Source: Candidatus Terrybacteria bacterium RIFCSPHIGHO2_01_FULL_48_17
GTDB taxonomy: Bacteria > Patescibacteriota > Minisyncoccia > Terrybacterales > 2-01-FULL-58-14
Assembly: GCA_001822835.1 (NCBI GenBank)
Contig: MHSS01000002.1
Location: 1,060 to 65,059, forward strand
Length of the DNA: 64,000 bases
Direction: 5' to 3'
Part shown: positions 18,043-26,674 of the stretch, in pieces
How the letters are laid out: each line of letters starts with the position of its first letter
Numbering within the stretch: the stretch's first letter is position 1
The notes under the pieces: model-generated
The model's database searches: none
Seen by the model: the letters and a program-made list of their open reading frames with translations, nothing else
Told to the model about the DNA's origin: nothing
Made by a program: the position numbers and the translations under genes

Positions 18043-20013
18043 TTGTCACGAAATGTACTAAAAGAGGTTATTGAATCACATGTTGCATGTCCACGATGCG
18101 CAAAAACGCCAGCTCTCATGTTCGCGTTTTGCGGTCGAGGGGGTGACGGATCGTTGACCACCGCGAATACGCTTGCGGGAATCGGAAAACTTCTTGGGGT
18201 TTGTCCCCACGGGCAACGCGGGGTCGAGTCCAACATTAAAACCGAACCAACCGAACTTTGGTTGCGTCTTGCTTCGGTTCCCATCGCATGCACGTCCGGT
18301 TTGCTTGATGTGCTCGTTGCGTTCGATCAAAGCGCGATTGAAGACGAAGAGGGTGAAGGCAGGACGCTGCCGATTACACAAATGCGCGATGGCGGTGTAT
18401 TGATTTATGATTCATCGCCGCGGCTCCTGTATCCCAACATGAAGCACGAGCTAAACCGTGCAGCAGCGGATGCGATCCTTCGGGAGAAGAAGATTTTGGT
18501 TTTTGGTATTCCAATGGCGCAGGAGATTATGCGGCGTTTTGGCGCAAATGCGTATGTAACACGAAACGCGGTAGCCATTGGCGTCATTGCTGAACTTTTC
18601 TGTCTTCCCGAAAAAGCATGTCGCGCACAGCTTGCGCGCGAACACAAAGGCGGAACACGTCTTGAATGGAACATCGCTGCTTATGAATTTGGGCGCCAAT
18701 TCACCCGAGAACAAGAGTGGAAGCTTCCCGGAGTTTCGTTCCCGGAATCTGCGGGGATTTTGGAAGAATGTCAGCTCACCCTGGGTGGCAATGCTATAGG
18801 CCTTGGTGCGCTTGTGGCGGGATGCCGCAATTATGTGGGCTATCCCATTACGCCCGCCTCTGAAGTTCTGGAATATATGGCCGAGAACATGCCTTCTCCC
18901 GGAGTGGTGGTCATAGCACGCTCGCAAGACCCTTCCCCAGAAGAAGTTGCATTTCTTGATCGTATTCAGCAAACTTCCGGGGTGCTTATTCAGGAGATGT
19001 CGGAACTCATGGCGATCAACCAGCTGCAGGGTGCTGCGATTGCGGGTGCCCGTGCGATGACTGCGACGTCCGGTCCCGGCTTCTCGCTTATGCAAGAGGG
19101 TTTGTCTGCCGGAGGAATTGGTGAAATTCCTTTGGTGGTTGTCCTTTCCCAGCGCGGAGGTCCGGGCACCGGTTTGCCCACGCGTACGGGACAAGAAGAT
19201 CTTCTGTTTAGCATTTTTGGATCCCACGGCGAATTCCCTAAAATTGTTATCTCGCCAAAGGACCTGAAAGAAGCGTTTCTGTTTGCCGTAGAGATGTTCA
19301 ACATCGCCGAGCGGTATCAGACGCCCGCGATTCTTTTGACAGAACAGGCAGTGGCGCAAGGCCTCTTTTGCTCCCGAGCGTTTCCGCTCGACCAAATAGC
19401 CATTGACCGCGGGAAACTGCTCACGCAAGAGGAGCTTGATTCGCTTTGCGCGTCGGGAACTCCGTATAAGCGTTACGAGATTACCGAAGATGGTATTTCG
19501 AGGCGCACGATTCCCGGCATGCGAGGCGGCCAGCATCTTGCGACCACAAACGAGCATGACGAGTTTGGGTCAGCCATTGAGACGATTAAAAACCGTCTCG
19601 CCATGACCCACAAGCGTATGCGAAAGTTTGAGGTTGCAGCAAAAGACAGGCGCTTGCCGCAGCCGCGCGTATTTGGAAGCAAGGACGCACGGTTTGGATT
19701 CATTACCTATGGCTTCCCAACCAACGCAACATGCGAAGCCGCAGCACACCTTGAAGAGCAGGGAACGCCTACCGCGGTGCTACAGCTGCGTACGCTCTGG
19801 CCATTTCCAGAACAAGCAGTTCGCGCATTTTTGCGCGGGAAAGATACGTGTTTTGTGGTTGAGCAAAACTATACAAAGCAGCTTCGCAGGATTATCGAGA
19901 TGGAAGTCGTCGGGCCAAGATCGCGAAAAATCAAGAGCATTCTTCGATATGATGGCCGACCCATAACGCCCGAAGATGTTTTGGAGCAAGTCGTGAAGGG
20001 AGGGCTGAACTAA
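18043..20013 (+). CDS. korA: 2-oxoacid:ferredoxin oxidoreductase, fused gamma-alpha subunit
   Basis: 656 aa. N-terminal gamma-like domain (CGRGGDGSLTTANTLAGIG), then an alpha domain (GNAIGLGALVAGCRNYVGYPITPASE...ATSGPGFSLMQEG). TTG start; an ATG 11 nt downstream is an alternative. Confidence 0.8.
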   Translation: MSRNVLKEVIESHVACPRCAKTPALMFAFCGRGGDGSLTTANTLAGIGKLLGVCPHGQRGVESNIKTEPTELWLRLASVPIACTSGLLDVLVAFDQSAIEDEEGEGRTLPITQMRDGGVLIYDSSPRLLYPNMKHELNRAAADAILREKKILVFGIPMAQEIMRRFGANAYVTRNAVAIGVIAELFCLPEKACRAQLAREHKGGTRLEWNIAAYEFGRQFTREQEWKLPGVSFPESAGILEECQLTLGGNAIGLGALVAGCRNYVGYPITPASEVLEYMAENMPSPGVVVIARSQDPSPEEVAFLDRIQQTSGVLIQEMSELMAINQLQGAAIAGARAMTATSGPGFSLMQEGLSAGGIGEIPLVVVLSQRGGPGTGLPTRTGQEDLLFSIFGSHGEFPKIVISPKDLKEAFLFAVEMFNIAERYQTPAILLTEQAVAQGLFCSRAFPLDQIAIDRGKLLTQEELDSLCASGTPYKRYEITEDGISRRTIPGMRGGQHLATTNEHDEFGSAIETIKNRLAMTHKRMRKFEVAAKDRRLPQPRVFGSKDARFGFITYGFPTNATCEAAAHLEEQGTPTAVLQLRTLWPFPEQAVRAFLRGKDTCFVVEQNYTKQLRRIIEMEVVGPRSRKIKSILRYDGRPITPEDVLEQVVKGGLN

Positions 20014-21086
20014 TGTACGATCCGGAAGAACAGGCATTTATTAAAAAGAATACTTATAGCGACATTCCGCTTACGGTGAAGGATATCAGCGGAAAAGAAT
20101 CAAATTGGTGCGCAGGATGCGGGGATTTTGGCATCCTTGCCGCGTACAAAAATGTCGTGGTAAAGCTTCACAACGAAGATGGGGTACCGCTTGAGAATTT
20201 TGTGGCAGTAGGCGGCATTGGTTGCTCTGCTAAGACCCCCGAATGGCTGGCGAAATCCCCAAGCGCCGGGAATATGGGTCTTTACGGATGCCACACGCTT
20301 CACGGCCGCGACCTCTCGGTTGCAAGCGGTTTGAAAATGACAAATCCAAACCTGATTGTGGTGGCGTTTGGCGGCGACGGCAATACGCTTGCCATAGGCA
20401 TGTCGGAATTCATGCATACGTGCCGCAGGAACCACAATATTACCATTGTTATCTTCAACAACCAGGTATACGGTCTCACGAAAGGTCAGGCAAGCCCTAC
20501 CGCGCACAAGGATTTGGTAACCGGCTCTACCCCCCGCGGAGTGCGGGACCAGCCGGTTGATCCTATACAGCTTGCGATAGTTGCGGGTGCGACGTTTGTC
20601 GCGCGAGGGTTCTCCAAAAACAGAAAAGAGCTTGAAGAACTTTTGTTGGCAGCCATCCGCCACAACGGATGTTCGGTGGTGGATGTAATCACTCCCTGCG
20701 TTACTTACCATCGTGAAGAGGGCGGCAAAATCAGAGACACCGCAATTTACGGCTGGTGGGATGAACACATCGCTCCGATCAAAGATATTTGGGGCGACGC
20801 AAAGCAAAGAGTTGAGAAAGAATCTGCGGCAGGTCCTGATTATGATGTCACCGACAAGCTCCATGCGCTCGCAGTAGCACACGAGGGCGCAGAAGGAGGC
20901 CGTTGGCCGCTGGGACTTTTCTATCATGTAATCGGGGTACCCACTGCAGAGGAAGTCGTTGGCATTGCCGAGCGGCAACCCGATGGTACCTTGAAAATCC
21001 ATGCGCCCGCGCATGCGAATATCAGCGTTCAAGATAACCTTCCATACTATAGGCAACTTGCAGAAGCACTACGATATAAACCGTAA
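20013..21086 (+). CDS. korB: 2-oxoacid:ferredoxin oxidoreductase, beta subunit (TPP-binding)
   Basis: 357 aa. WCAGCGDFGIL and GGDGNTLAIG...NNQVYGLTKGQ TPP-fold motifs. Start overlaps the korA stop. Confidence 0.85.
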   Translation: MYDPEEQAFIKKNTYSDIPLTVKDISGKESNWCAGCGDFGILAAYKNVVVKLHNEDGVPLENFVAVGGIGCSAKTPEWLAKSPSAGNMGLYGCHTLHGRDLSVASGLKMTNPNLIVVAFGGDGNTLAIGMSEFMHTCRRNHNITIVIFNNQVYGLTKGQASPTAHKDLVTGSTPRGVRDQPVDPIQLAIVAGATFVARGFSKNRKELEELLLAAIRHNGCSVVDVITPCVTYHREEGGKIRDTAIYGWWDEHIAPIKDIWGDAKQRVEKESAAGPDYDVTDKLHALAVAHEGAEGGRWPLGLFYHVIGVPTAEEVVGIAERQPDGTLKIHAPAHANISVQDNLPYYRQLAEALRYKP

Positions 21087-21151
21087 ACAAAACACGTCCG
21101 GCATTGCCGGGCGTTTTATTGTAGTCCCTCGATATTCTATTCTGTTTTTTC

Positions 21152-21436
21152 TTACGCCAATAGCCCTTCAAGGACTTTTCTGAAATATATGATACCAGAG
21201 AGCGTAAGCCTGCCTTCGTTCTCGATATTACCGTTTGGGTGGCGTAAAGTATGCATTACGTACATACTACTGAAAGGCGTTCGTTTGTCCTCGGAAACAA
21301 AAGATATCTCCCAACCATTGTTGAAGCGCAACACGAATCCGTCTCCCTTAAGTTCAATATTTTGCATCGGAACAGATATGTCAGGATACGAGAGGCTAAG
21401 CAAGTCCTCCGCGGCGCTTTTAATATCCGGCGCCAT
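21152..21436 (-). CDS. hypothetical protein
   Basis: 94 aa from ATG (MAPDIKSAAEDLL...) with AAGGAAGAGGG SD 7 nt upstream. Convergent with korB. The longer track ORF would overlap the archease gene. Confidence 0.4.
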   Translation of the reverse strand: MAPDIKSAAEDLLSLSYPDISVPMQNIELKGDGFVLRFNNGWEISFVSEDKRTPFSSMYVMHTLRHPNGNIENEGRLTLSGIIYFRKVLEGLLA

Positions 21437-21532
21437 CTCGTTGCCCTCTTCCTTGTTTGTTTCGTCGGGTCTTCGTGAGACCCCGGGCTCCGATCGTCTT
21501 TCCATAACCGTATGATACCATAAGAGTGTATT

Positions 21533-21955
21533 TTGGACAAAGATATGCCATATGAGATATTGCCGCACACCGCAGATGTTCGCGTAAAAGCGAGTGGCGC
21601 GTCGCTTGGGGAATTGTTTCGCGAGATGATGCGCGGTATGTTTCATGCGATGAAACCGCGGGGGACAGGGAACAGGGGACAGGGTACAGTACGGCACGAA
21701 ATAAAATTGGCGGCGTCGGATGGGGAAGCGCTGTTGGCGGATTTTTTAAATGAGGTACTGTATTTGGGCGAAACAAACCAAGAAGCGTATGAGGATGCAA
21801 AATTTTTAAAATTGTCGGACACGGAGTTGCAAGCAGAGCTCGTCGGCAAAAAACGCGAATCCGTTGCAGTGCAGGTGAAGGCGGCAACATATCATGGATT
21901 GAAGATTGAGGAGAAGGAGGGGCGGGTTGAGGCGACGGTGGTGTTCGATATTTGA
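21533..21955 (+). CDS. Archease (RtcB ligase activator)
   Basis: MPYEILPHTADVRVKASG...KAATYHGLKIEEKEGRVEATVVFDI matches the archease N- and C-terminal signatures. Alternative start at 21545. Carries an in-frame oligo-repeat insert (RGTGNRGQGTV). Confidence 0.8.
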   Translation: MDKDMPYEILPHTADVRVKASGASLGELFREMMRGMFHAMKPRGTGNRGQGTVRHEIKLAASDGEALLADFLNEVLYLGETNQEAYEDAKFLKLSDTELQAELVGKKRESVAVQVKAATYHGLKIEEKEGRVEATVVFDI

Positions 21956-22028
21956 TAGACACAAATCAACACGAATGAGAAAACGAATAAACACAAATAT
22001 AAAAAGCCGGCAGCAGAGCTGCCGGTAT

Positions 22029-22649
22029 TTACTTAACGATAGCAAGAATTTCTTTAAGATCACGGATGGTGTGGTCGGGGTTCGTTGCGTCAATAAGCGT
22101 TTTTGGAACGTAGCCGTTGAGATACGCAACTGAAACCATTCCCGCTTTTTGCGCCGAGCGCACATCCGATGGCGTGTCTCCCACATATATACATTGTTGC
22201 GGCGAAATTCTTTCTTTCATCATAATTTCGTTGATCTTTTCTGCTTTGGCGGTTACAGGATAATAAGCATATGAAAAATAGGGGGCAAGCTGGAGCCGGG
22301 AGAAAATGGGTTTAAACAGCTCAGCAATTTGTGCGCTTACAATACCGCAGGGAATGCCGTTGGTTTTTAGCGCCCGGAGTGTTTCGCGCGCGCTGCGCGT
22401 CAGCACGATCTGCGACATTTGTTGACCGTACACTTTACCGTATACTGCATTGAGTTCACCAAACGACGCCCGGACGCCGCGTCTCGTATACAATTCCCAG
22501 TATTGGTGTCCTTCAAGTTCCATAAAATATTCATCCAATGTTGGTGGTTGTGCGCCAAACGCCAAAAAGGTTTCGCGCACCGCTGTATACCAAGCAGGTA
22601 TGTCGTCAAGCAGCGTGCCGTTTAAGTCCCACAAAACGAGTTTTATCAT
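22029..22649 (-). CDS. HAD-superfamily hydrolase (motif I variant DxN)
   Basis: 206 aa from MIKLVLWDLNGTLLDD, with AGGAGG SD. HAD motifs II-IV present (SAQ.., K, GDTPSD). Confidence 0.75.
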   Translation of the reverse strand: MIKLVLWDLNGTLLDDIPAWYTAVRETFLAFGAQPPTLDEYFMELEGHQYWELYTRRGVRASFGELNAVYGKVYGQQMSQIVLTRSARETLRALKTNGIPCGIVSAQIAELFKPIFSRLQLAPYFSYAYYPVTAKAEKINEIMMKERISPQQCIYVGDTPSDVRSAQKAGMVSVAYLNGYVPKTLIDATNPDHTIRDLKEILAIVK

Positions 22650-22766
22650 TATCGCCTCCTTTTTGTTTGTAACGAACGTAGGATAAGTTAAACACGATTT
22701 TTGCAATTACGCAACATTCGTGTTATAGGGGTGTTAGTTCTCTGAAACAGAGAAAGGGGACGAAGC

Positions 22767-23306
22767 GTGAAACCCGCCTTTGTGTTTATTGGTACGTCCT
22801 GTTCCGGTAAAAGCACTTTGAGCAAACGTTTTGCTGACGAATTTGGGCTACGGCGTATCGACGTAGTGGATTTTGTGCTGCCGCTTCTTCCGCTTCGGGA
22901 TGCCGGAGAAATAACTACGCACGAGATGCTTACGATTGGTTACGAAGGGTTTTTCCATATGCTTATGCAGGAAGATTTTGATGTTATTGAGGTCGCAAGC
23001 GACGATCCGCAAAAACACCTTCCTGGAATCGCAGAAATCGTGAAGGCACATGACCGCAGCATGATTGTGGTATTTACCGATGCGTCATTTGATGATTGTG
23101 TGGAGCGAAATTTTACGCGTCCGGTTAATATGCAGGTGCCGGTGGACGTTTTATACCAGCAGGCGCAATACGATCGGGCGTTTTTCGTAAATATGTGGGG
23201 TATTCTTAAGTGTCCGCTCGTTTTTGTAGACACAAGTTCCGCCAGGCCGCTTGAGGAATCGTATGTCATCTGCATTGAGATGTTTCAGCAATTCGGTTTG
23301 CTATAA
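22767..23306 (+). CDS. P-loop kinase-like protein (possible polynucleotide/nucleoside kinase)
   Basis: 179 aa. Walker A GTSCSGKST at the N-terminus, an Asp-rich beta-strand (RRIDVVD) and an Arg lid (FTRP). Confidence 0.5.
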   Translation: MKPAFVFIGTSCSGKSTLSKRFADEFGLRRIDVVDFVLPLLPLRDAGEITTHEMLTIGYEGFFHMLMQEDFDVIEVASDDPQKHLPGIAEIVKAHDRSMIVVFTDASFDDCVERNFTRPVNMQVPVDVLYQQAQYDRAFFVNMWGILKCPLVFVDTSSARPLEESYVICIEMFQQFGLL

Positions 23307-23364
23307 TAAAACCGCCTTTACAAAAGGGCGGTCGCCTTTTGTAAATATCGTACTACCAATTACA

Positions 23365-23482
23365 AAATCCCAATGTCAAATGAAATTCCAAGTTCCAATG
23401 CCAAAAACCGAACGTGCGGGTCTTGGATATTATGTCATTGGACATTTATTTGGCATTTGGGCTTTTGATTTTTGATTTTTTA
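23365..23482. repeat. composite inverted oligo-repeat hairpin (AAATCCA/TTGGAAT-type units)
   Basis: ccaatgtcaaatgaaattccaagttccaatgccaaa ... tttggcatttgggcttttgatttttgatttt. Sits just upstream of rtcB. Confidence 0.6.
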
Positions 23483-23493
23483 TCCTCTCTTCT

Positions 23494-24927
23494 ATGGGCG
23501 CCATTTCTTCTCTTAAGCGCGTAAGCGATTATATTTACGAGATACCTAAAGATTTTAGGTCTGATATGCGCGTTCCGGCGCGGCTCTTTGCGTCCGAAAA
23601 GTTGCTTGTAGCGATTGGCAAGGACCGCTCGCTTGAGCAATTAGTGAACACCGCCACACTCCCTGGTATTGAACGCTACGCAATGGCAATGCCCGATATC
23701 CATGAGGGCTATGGTTTCCCCATAGGCGGGGTGGTGGCAACGCGCGTTGAGGATGGGATAATTTCTCCCGGCGGCGTGGGTTATGATATAAATTGCGGCG
23801 TCCGGTTGATCCGCTCGGAAGCAATGGTTTCAGATGTAAAATTAAAGCTTGAGGAACTCGCAACACAACTTCAGCATGATGTGCCGTCGGGTCTGGGCAG
23901 GGGAGGGCCGTTGGTGTTATCCGAGCAGCGTTTGGACGAAGTGATGCACAAGGGGGTTTCATGGATGCTTGAACAGGGGTACGGCGAACAAGGGGATAAC
24001 ACTTATTGCGAAGCGCAGGGAACATTATCAGATGCTGACCCTGGTTTTGTTTCAAGCCGTGCCAAAAAACGCGGGCGCGACCAATTAGGTACCATTGGTT
24101 CGGGAAACCATTTCGCAGAAGTTGAGCGCGTGGACGAGGTATTCGACGAAAGTGCAGCAAAAGCGCTCGGGCTTTTCAAAGACCAAGTGGTGTTTTTGGT
24201 ACATTGCGGCTCGCGCGGATTAGGGCATCAGGTGGCGACTGATTATATTCGGCAGTTTATGCCGAAGTTATCTGGGTGGGGGATTGTGTTGCCGGATCGG
24301 GAGCTTGTGGGCGCGCCATTTCATACGAAAGACGGCCAACAATATTTTCAGGCGATGAACGCGGCAGCAAACTTTGCGTTTGCGAATCGGCATTTCATTA
24401 TGCATAACATCCGGGGTGCGTGGCAGAAGATTTTTGGAGATTCGCTCGGGCGGCTCTCATTGGTGTATGACGTTGCACATAACATGGCAAAAATGGAAAA
24501 TCATCTGGGAAAACAATTGGTGGTGCATCGTAAGGGCGCAACGAGGGATTTTGAGCCAGACAGCCCGGAATTGCCCAAAGAGTATGGCGCAGTTGGTCAG
24601 CCCGTCCTTATTCCAGGGTCAATGGGCACGGCGTCGTTTGTGTTGGTCGGTACCGAAAAGGCAGAAGAGTTATCGTTTGCCACAACATGTCATGGAGCAG
24701 GCCGTCGGATGTCGCGTACGCAAGCAAGCAAACAAATTCCGTACGAAGAATTGGTAAGGAACATGAAACAACAAGGGATTGTGGTACGCTCGGGATCGCG
24801 CAGGGGGTTGGTAGAGGAAGCGCCGGAGGCGTATAAGGATGTTGAAGAGGTGGTGAGGGTGGTGCATGAGGTTGGAATAGCGAAGAGGGTCGTAAGATTA
24901 AAGCCGCTTGCCGTGGTGAAGGGGTAG
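23494..24927 (+). CDS. rtcB: RNA-splicing ligase RtcB
   Basis: 477 aa. RtcB metal- and GTP-binding motifs (PDIHEGYGFPIGG, GYDINCG, CHNG..H). Start fits the family. Confidence 0.9.
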   Translation: MGAISSLKRVSDYIYEIPKDFRSDMRVPARLFASEKLLVAIGKDRSLEQLVNTATLPGIERYAMAMPDIHEGYGFPIGGVVATRVEDGIISPGGVGYDINCGVRLIRSEAMVSDVKLKLEELATQLQHDVPSGLGRGGPLVLSEQRLDEVMHKGVSWMLEQGYGEQGDNTYCEAQGTLSDADPGFVSSRAKKRGRDQLGTIGSGNHFAEVERVDEVFDESAAKALGLFKDQVVFLVHCGSRGLGHQVATDYIRQFMPKLSGWGIVLPDRELVGAPFHTKDGQQYFQAMNAAANFAFANRHFIMHNIRGAWQKIFGDSLGRLSLVYDVAHNMAKMENHLGKQLVVHRKGATRDFEPDSPELPKEYGAVGQPVLIPGSMGTASFVLVGTEKAEELSFATTCHGAGRRMSRTQASKQIPYEELVRNMKQQGIVVRSGSRRGLVEEAPEAYKDVEEVVRVVHEVGIAKRVVRLKPLAVVKG

Positions 24928-25183
24928 GCGCTCGCGGTAGCGCTTCTCGCTTTCCTCGCACGCCCCACCGAGGCGTGCTCAGGGACTCGGCCTTCGCTCC
25001 CCCGCATCTGATTTATATTTTTATTGAAGCGGGGACCATGGCCGCTCCGGCCTCGTAACCCGCTCGAGGCGCTACCGCTCGCGGAAGTATTGATTGCGCT
25101 TTTCGCAACACGTTCACTTCTGCTTGTGGCCGCTTCACGCATACGTTGTTAAAGAAAGAAAAGGGAGGGGAAAACGGAAATCC

Positions 25184-25222
25184 GCTGCGCCGCGTCTGAC
25201 GCGGCTGCGCAGATTTTTGTTT
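25184..25222 (+). terminator. Rho-independent terminator closing a ~300-nt GC-rich noncoding region
   Basis: ctgcgccgcg-tctga-cgcggctgcgcag hairpin then atttttgttt. Confidence 0.55.
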
Positions 25223-25282
25223 GGTTATTGATTTTTGGGGATTGTTTGGTTATTGTATCTTGTATCTCGTTTTTTGGTTTTC

Positions 25283-25474
25283 ATGCCTACCGATACTGTT
25301 GAACAACAAAAAACCGATGATCGTACAGCCAAAATAGCGCCTAGAGCAAAGCTTCCGCGCGGGGTGCGCAAACACATTCGACGTAAGAAGGCGGATATCC
25401 GGCACACCATTGAAGACAGAGAGGAAGCAAAAAAAAGGATTGAGGAATTATACGCTCATTTTTCGCGCGCATAG
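25283..25474 (+). CDS. small basic hypothetical protein
   Basis: 63 aa ORF (MPTDTVEQQKTDDR...). Weak support. Confidence 0.25.
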   Translation: MPTDTVEQQKTDDRTAKIAPRAKLPRGVRKHIRRKKADIRHTIEDREEAKKRIEELYAHFSRA

Positions 25475-25673
25475 TTTGCGCGTTTGGCGCAAGGGTGATA
25501 CGGTGCGGATACTCGCACCTTTTGTTTTTTAAAACGGAGAACATGGTGGAAAAGTATAAACGGGCAACGCTTAACGCGTATGAGCAAAATGCAACGCAGT
25601 ACGCAGAAGGAACGGTGGATTATCTCAAACGCGTACCGACGGCACGCGCGACGTTTGGGCCTTTACGGCACTG

Positions 25674-26165
25674 ATGAATGGTTCTCGCATTCTTGACCTT
25701 GGCTGCGGACCCGGGCGCGATTGTGCCTATTTTGCCGGGTTGGAACTAAAACCAATCGGCGCCGATCTTTCTTCCGGAATGCTTGTTTTGGTGCGCGAAC
25801 GAGGGCTCCCCACCGTGCGCATGGATTTTGAACATCTTGGCTTTGCCGATCAAGTTTTTGACGGCGTGTGGGCGTTCCATTCCCTTATGCACTCGCCGAA
25901 ATACAAGATGCCGTCAATCCTGAAAGGCATTTTCCGTACTATGAGCCCGGGCGCGCCATTGCTGGTTGCGTTTATGGAAGGTAAGGGAAATGAGTGGCGA
26001 AGGTCTTCGCGCTGGGGCAAAAGTCCGCCTCGTTACTTTGCGCTTTATCAAGAACACGAGCTGCGAAAACTTCTTGAGCGCGCGGGCTTTTACATCGTCG
26101 GCGTATTGCGGCCCGAGCCGCGGTGGCTCAACATTCTTGCCGTGCGGCCGCACGAAACGGCCTAA
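25674..26165 (+). CDS. class I SAM-dependent methyltransferase (apparently frameshifted N-terminus)
   Basis: 163 aa with motif I LDLGCGPGRD. The typical 43-aa N-terminal helix (MVEKYKRATLNAYEQNATQYAEGT...) lies in the +1 frame at 25544-25672 and ends at TGATGA right at this ATG. Confidence 0.55.
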   Translation: MNGSRILDLGCGPGRDCAYFAGLELKPIGADLSSGMLVLVRERGLPTVRMDFEHLGFADQVFDGVWAFHSLMHSPKYKMPSILKGIFRTMSPGAPLLVAFMEGKGNEWRRSSRWGKSPPRYFALYQEHELRKLLERAGFYIVGVLRPEPRWLNILAVRPHETA

Positions 26166-26260
26166 TCACATTTCCCTTTTGAGATGTTGTTACACGTTGA
26201 CGTGGCACCATTTCGTAGTATTGTGAACCAAAGAGTTTGAAAGCCAAAAAGGGTTGTTTA

Positions 26261-26518
26261 ATGGAAGACGATGCGAAATGGACGCTTCGGGAACTTCTTG
26301 AGGAATATGAGGTGGCGCTGAATCCTGATTTTTTTGTATGTTGCCTCAACTGTAAAGAGCGGATGTTGGTCGGAGATCTTCTTGTTGATGAAATCATGAG
26401 CGAGAGCCCCGGCGAAGGGATCAACGAAAGCCTCAGCATTCTTGCCGCCTGCCCTCGTTGTGGCAGCACAACGGGATTCGATCGTATTGAGGAGAGCCCA
26501 TCGGAAGACGAAAGTTGA
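26261..26518 (+). CDS. zinc-ribbon small protein, hypothetical
   Basis: 85 aa with CCLNC...CPRCG and an acidic C-terminus. Confidence 0.4.
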   Translation: MEDDAKWTLRELLEEYEVALNPDFFVCCLNCKERMLVGDLLVDEIMSESPGEGINESLSILAACPRCGSTTGFDRIEESPSEDES

Positions 26519-26523
26519 TATTT

Positions 26524-26555
26524 AGACGCGCACATGCGCGTCTTTTCATTGTTTT
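26524..26555 (+). terminator. Rho-independent terminator
   Basis: agacgcgc-acat-gcgcgtct hairpin then tttcattgtttt. Confidence 0.6.
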
Positions 26556-26674
26556 GTATATTTTAAGTGCCGTTTGGGATTACGATTGCGCGACGCGGTT
26601 GACAAGGCGCGAAAAACCTGTAACGCTGCAGGCACGTTGTTGTTCATTGAAAAGCGAAAAAAGGAAAGATTGTA

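Noticed and set aside
18451-19557. 368-aa ORF antisense to korA, with further long antisense ORFs inside korB (20100-21056), rtcB (23555-24160), ileS, glyS and others
   Set aside because: These lie entirely inside well-supported genes on the opposite strand. Their translations are Arg/Ser/Gly-rich and low-complexity with no motifs, typical of GC-skewed antisense frames.
21152-21697. Full 181-aa minus-strand ORF overlapping the archease start
   Set aside because: Its N-terminal 87 aa would overlap archease and the upstream spacer and have no SD. Only the C-terminal 94-aa portion with a strong SD was retained, and that at low confidence.
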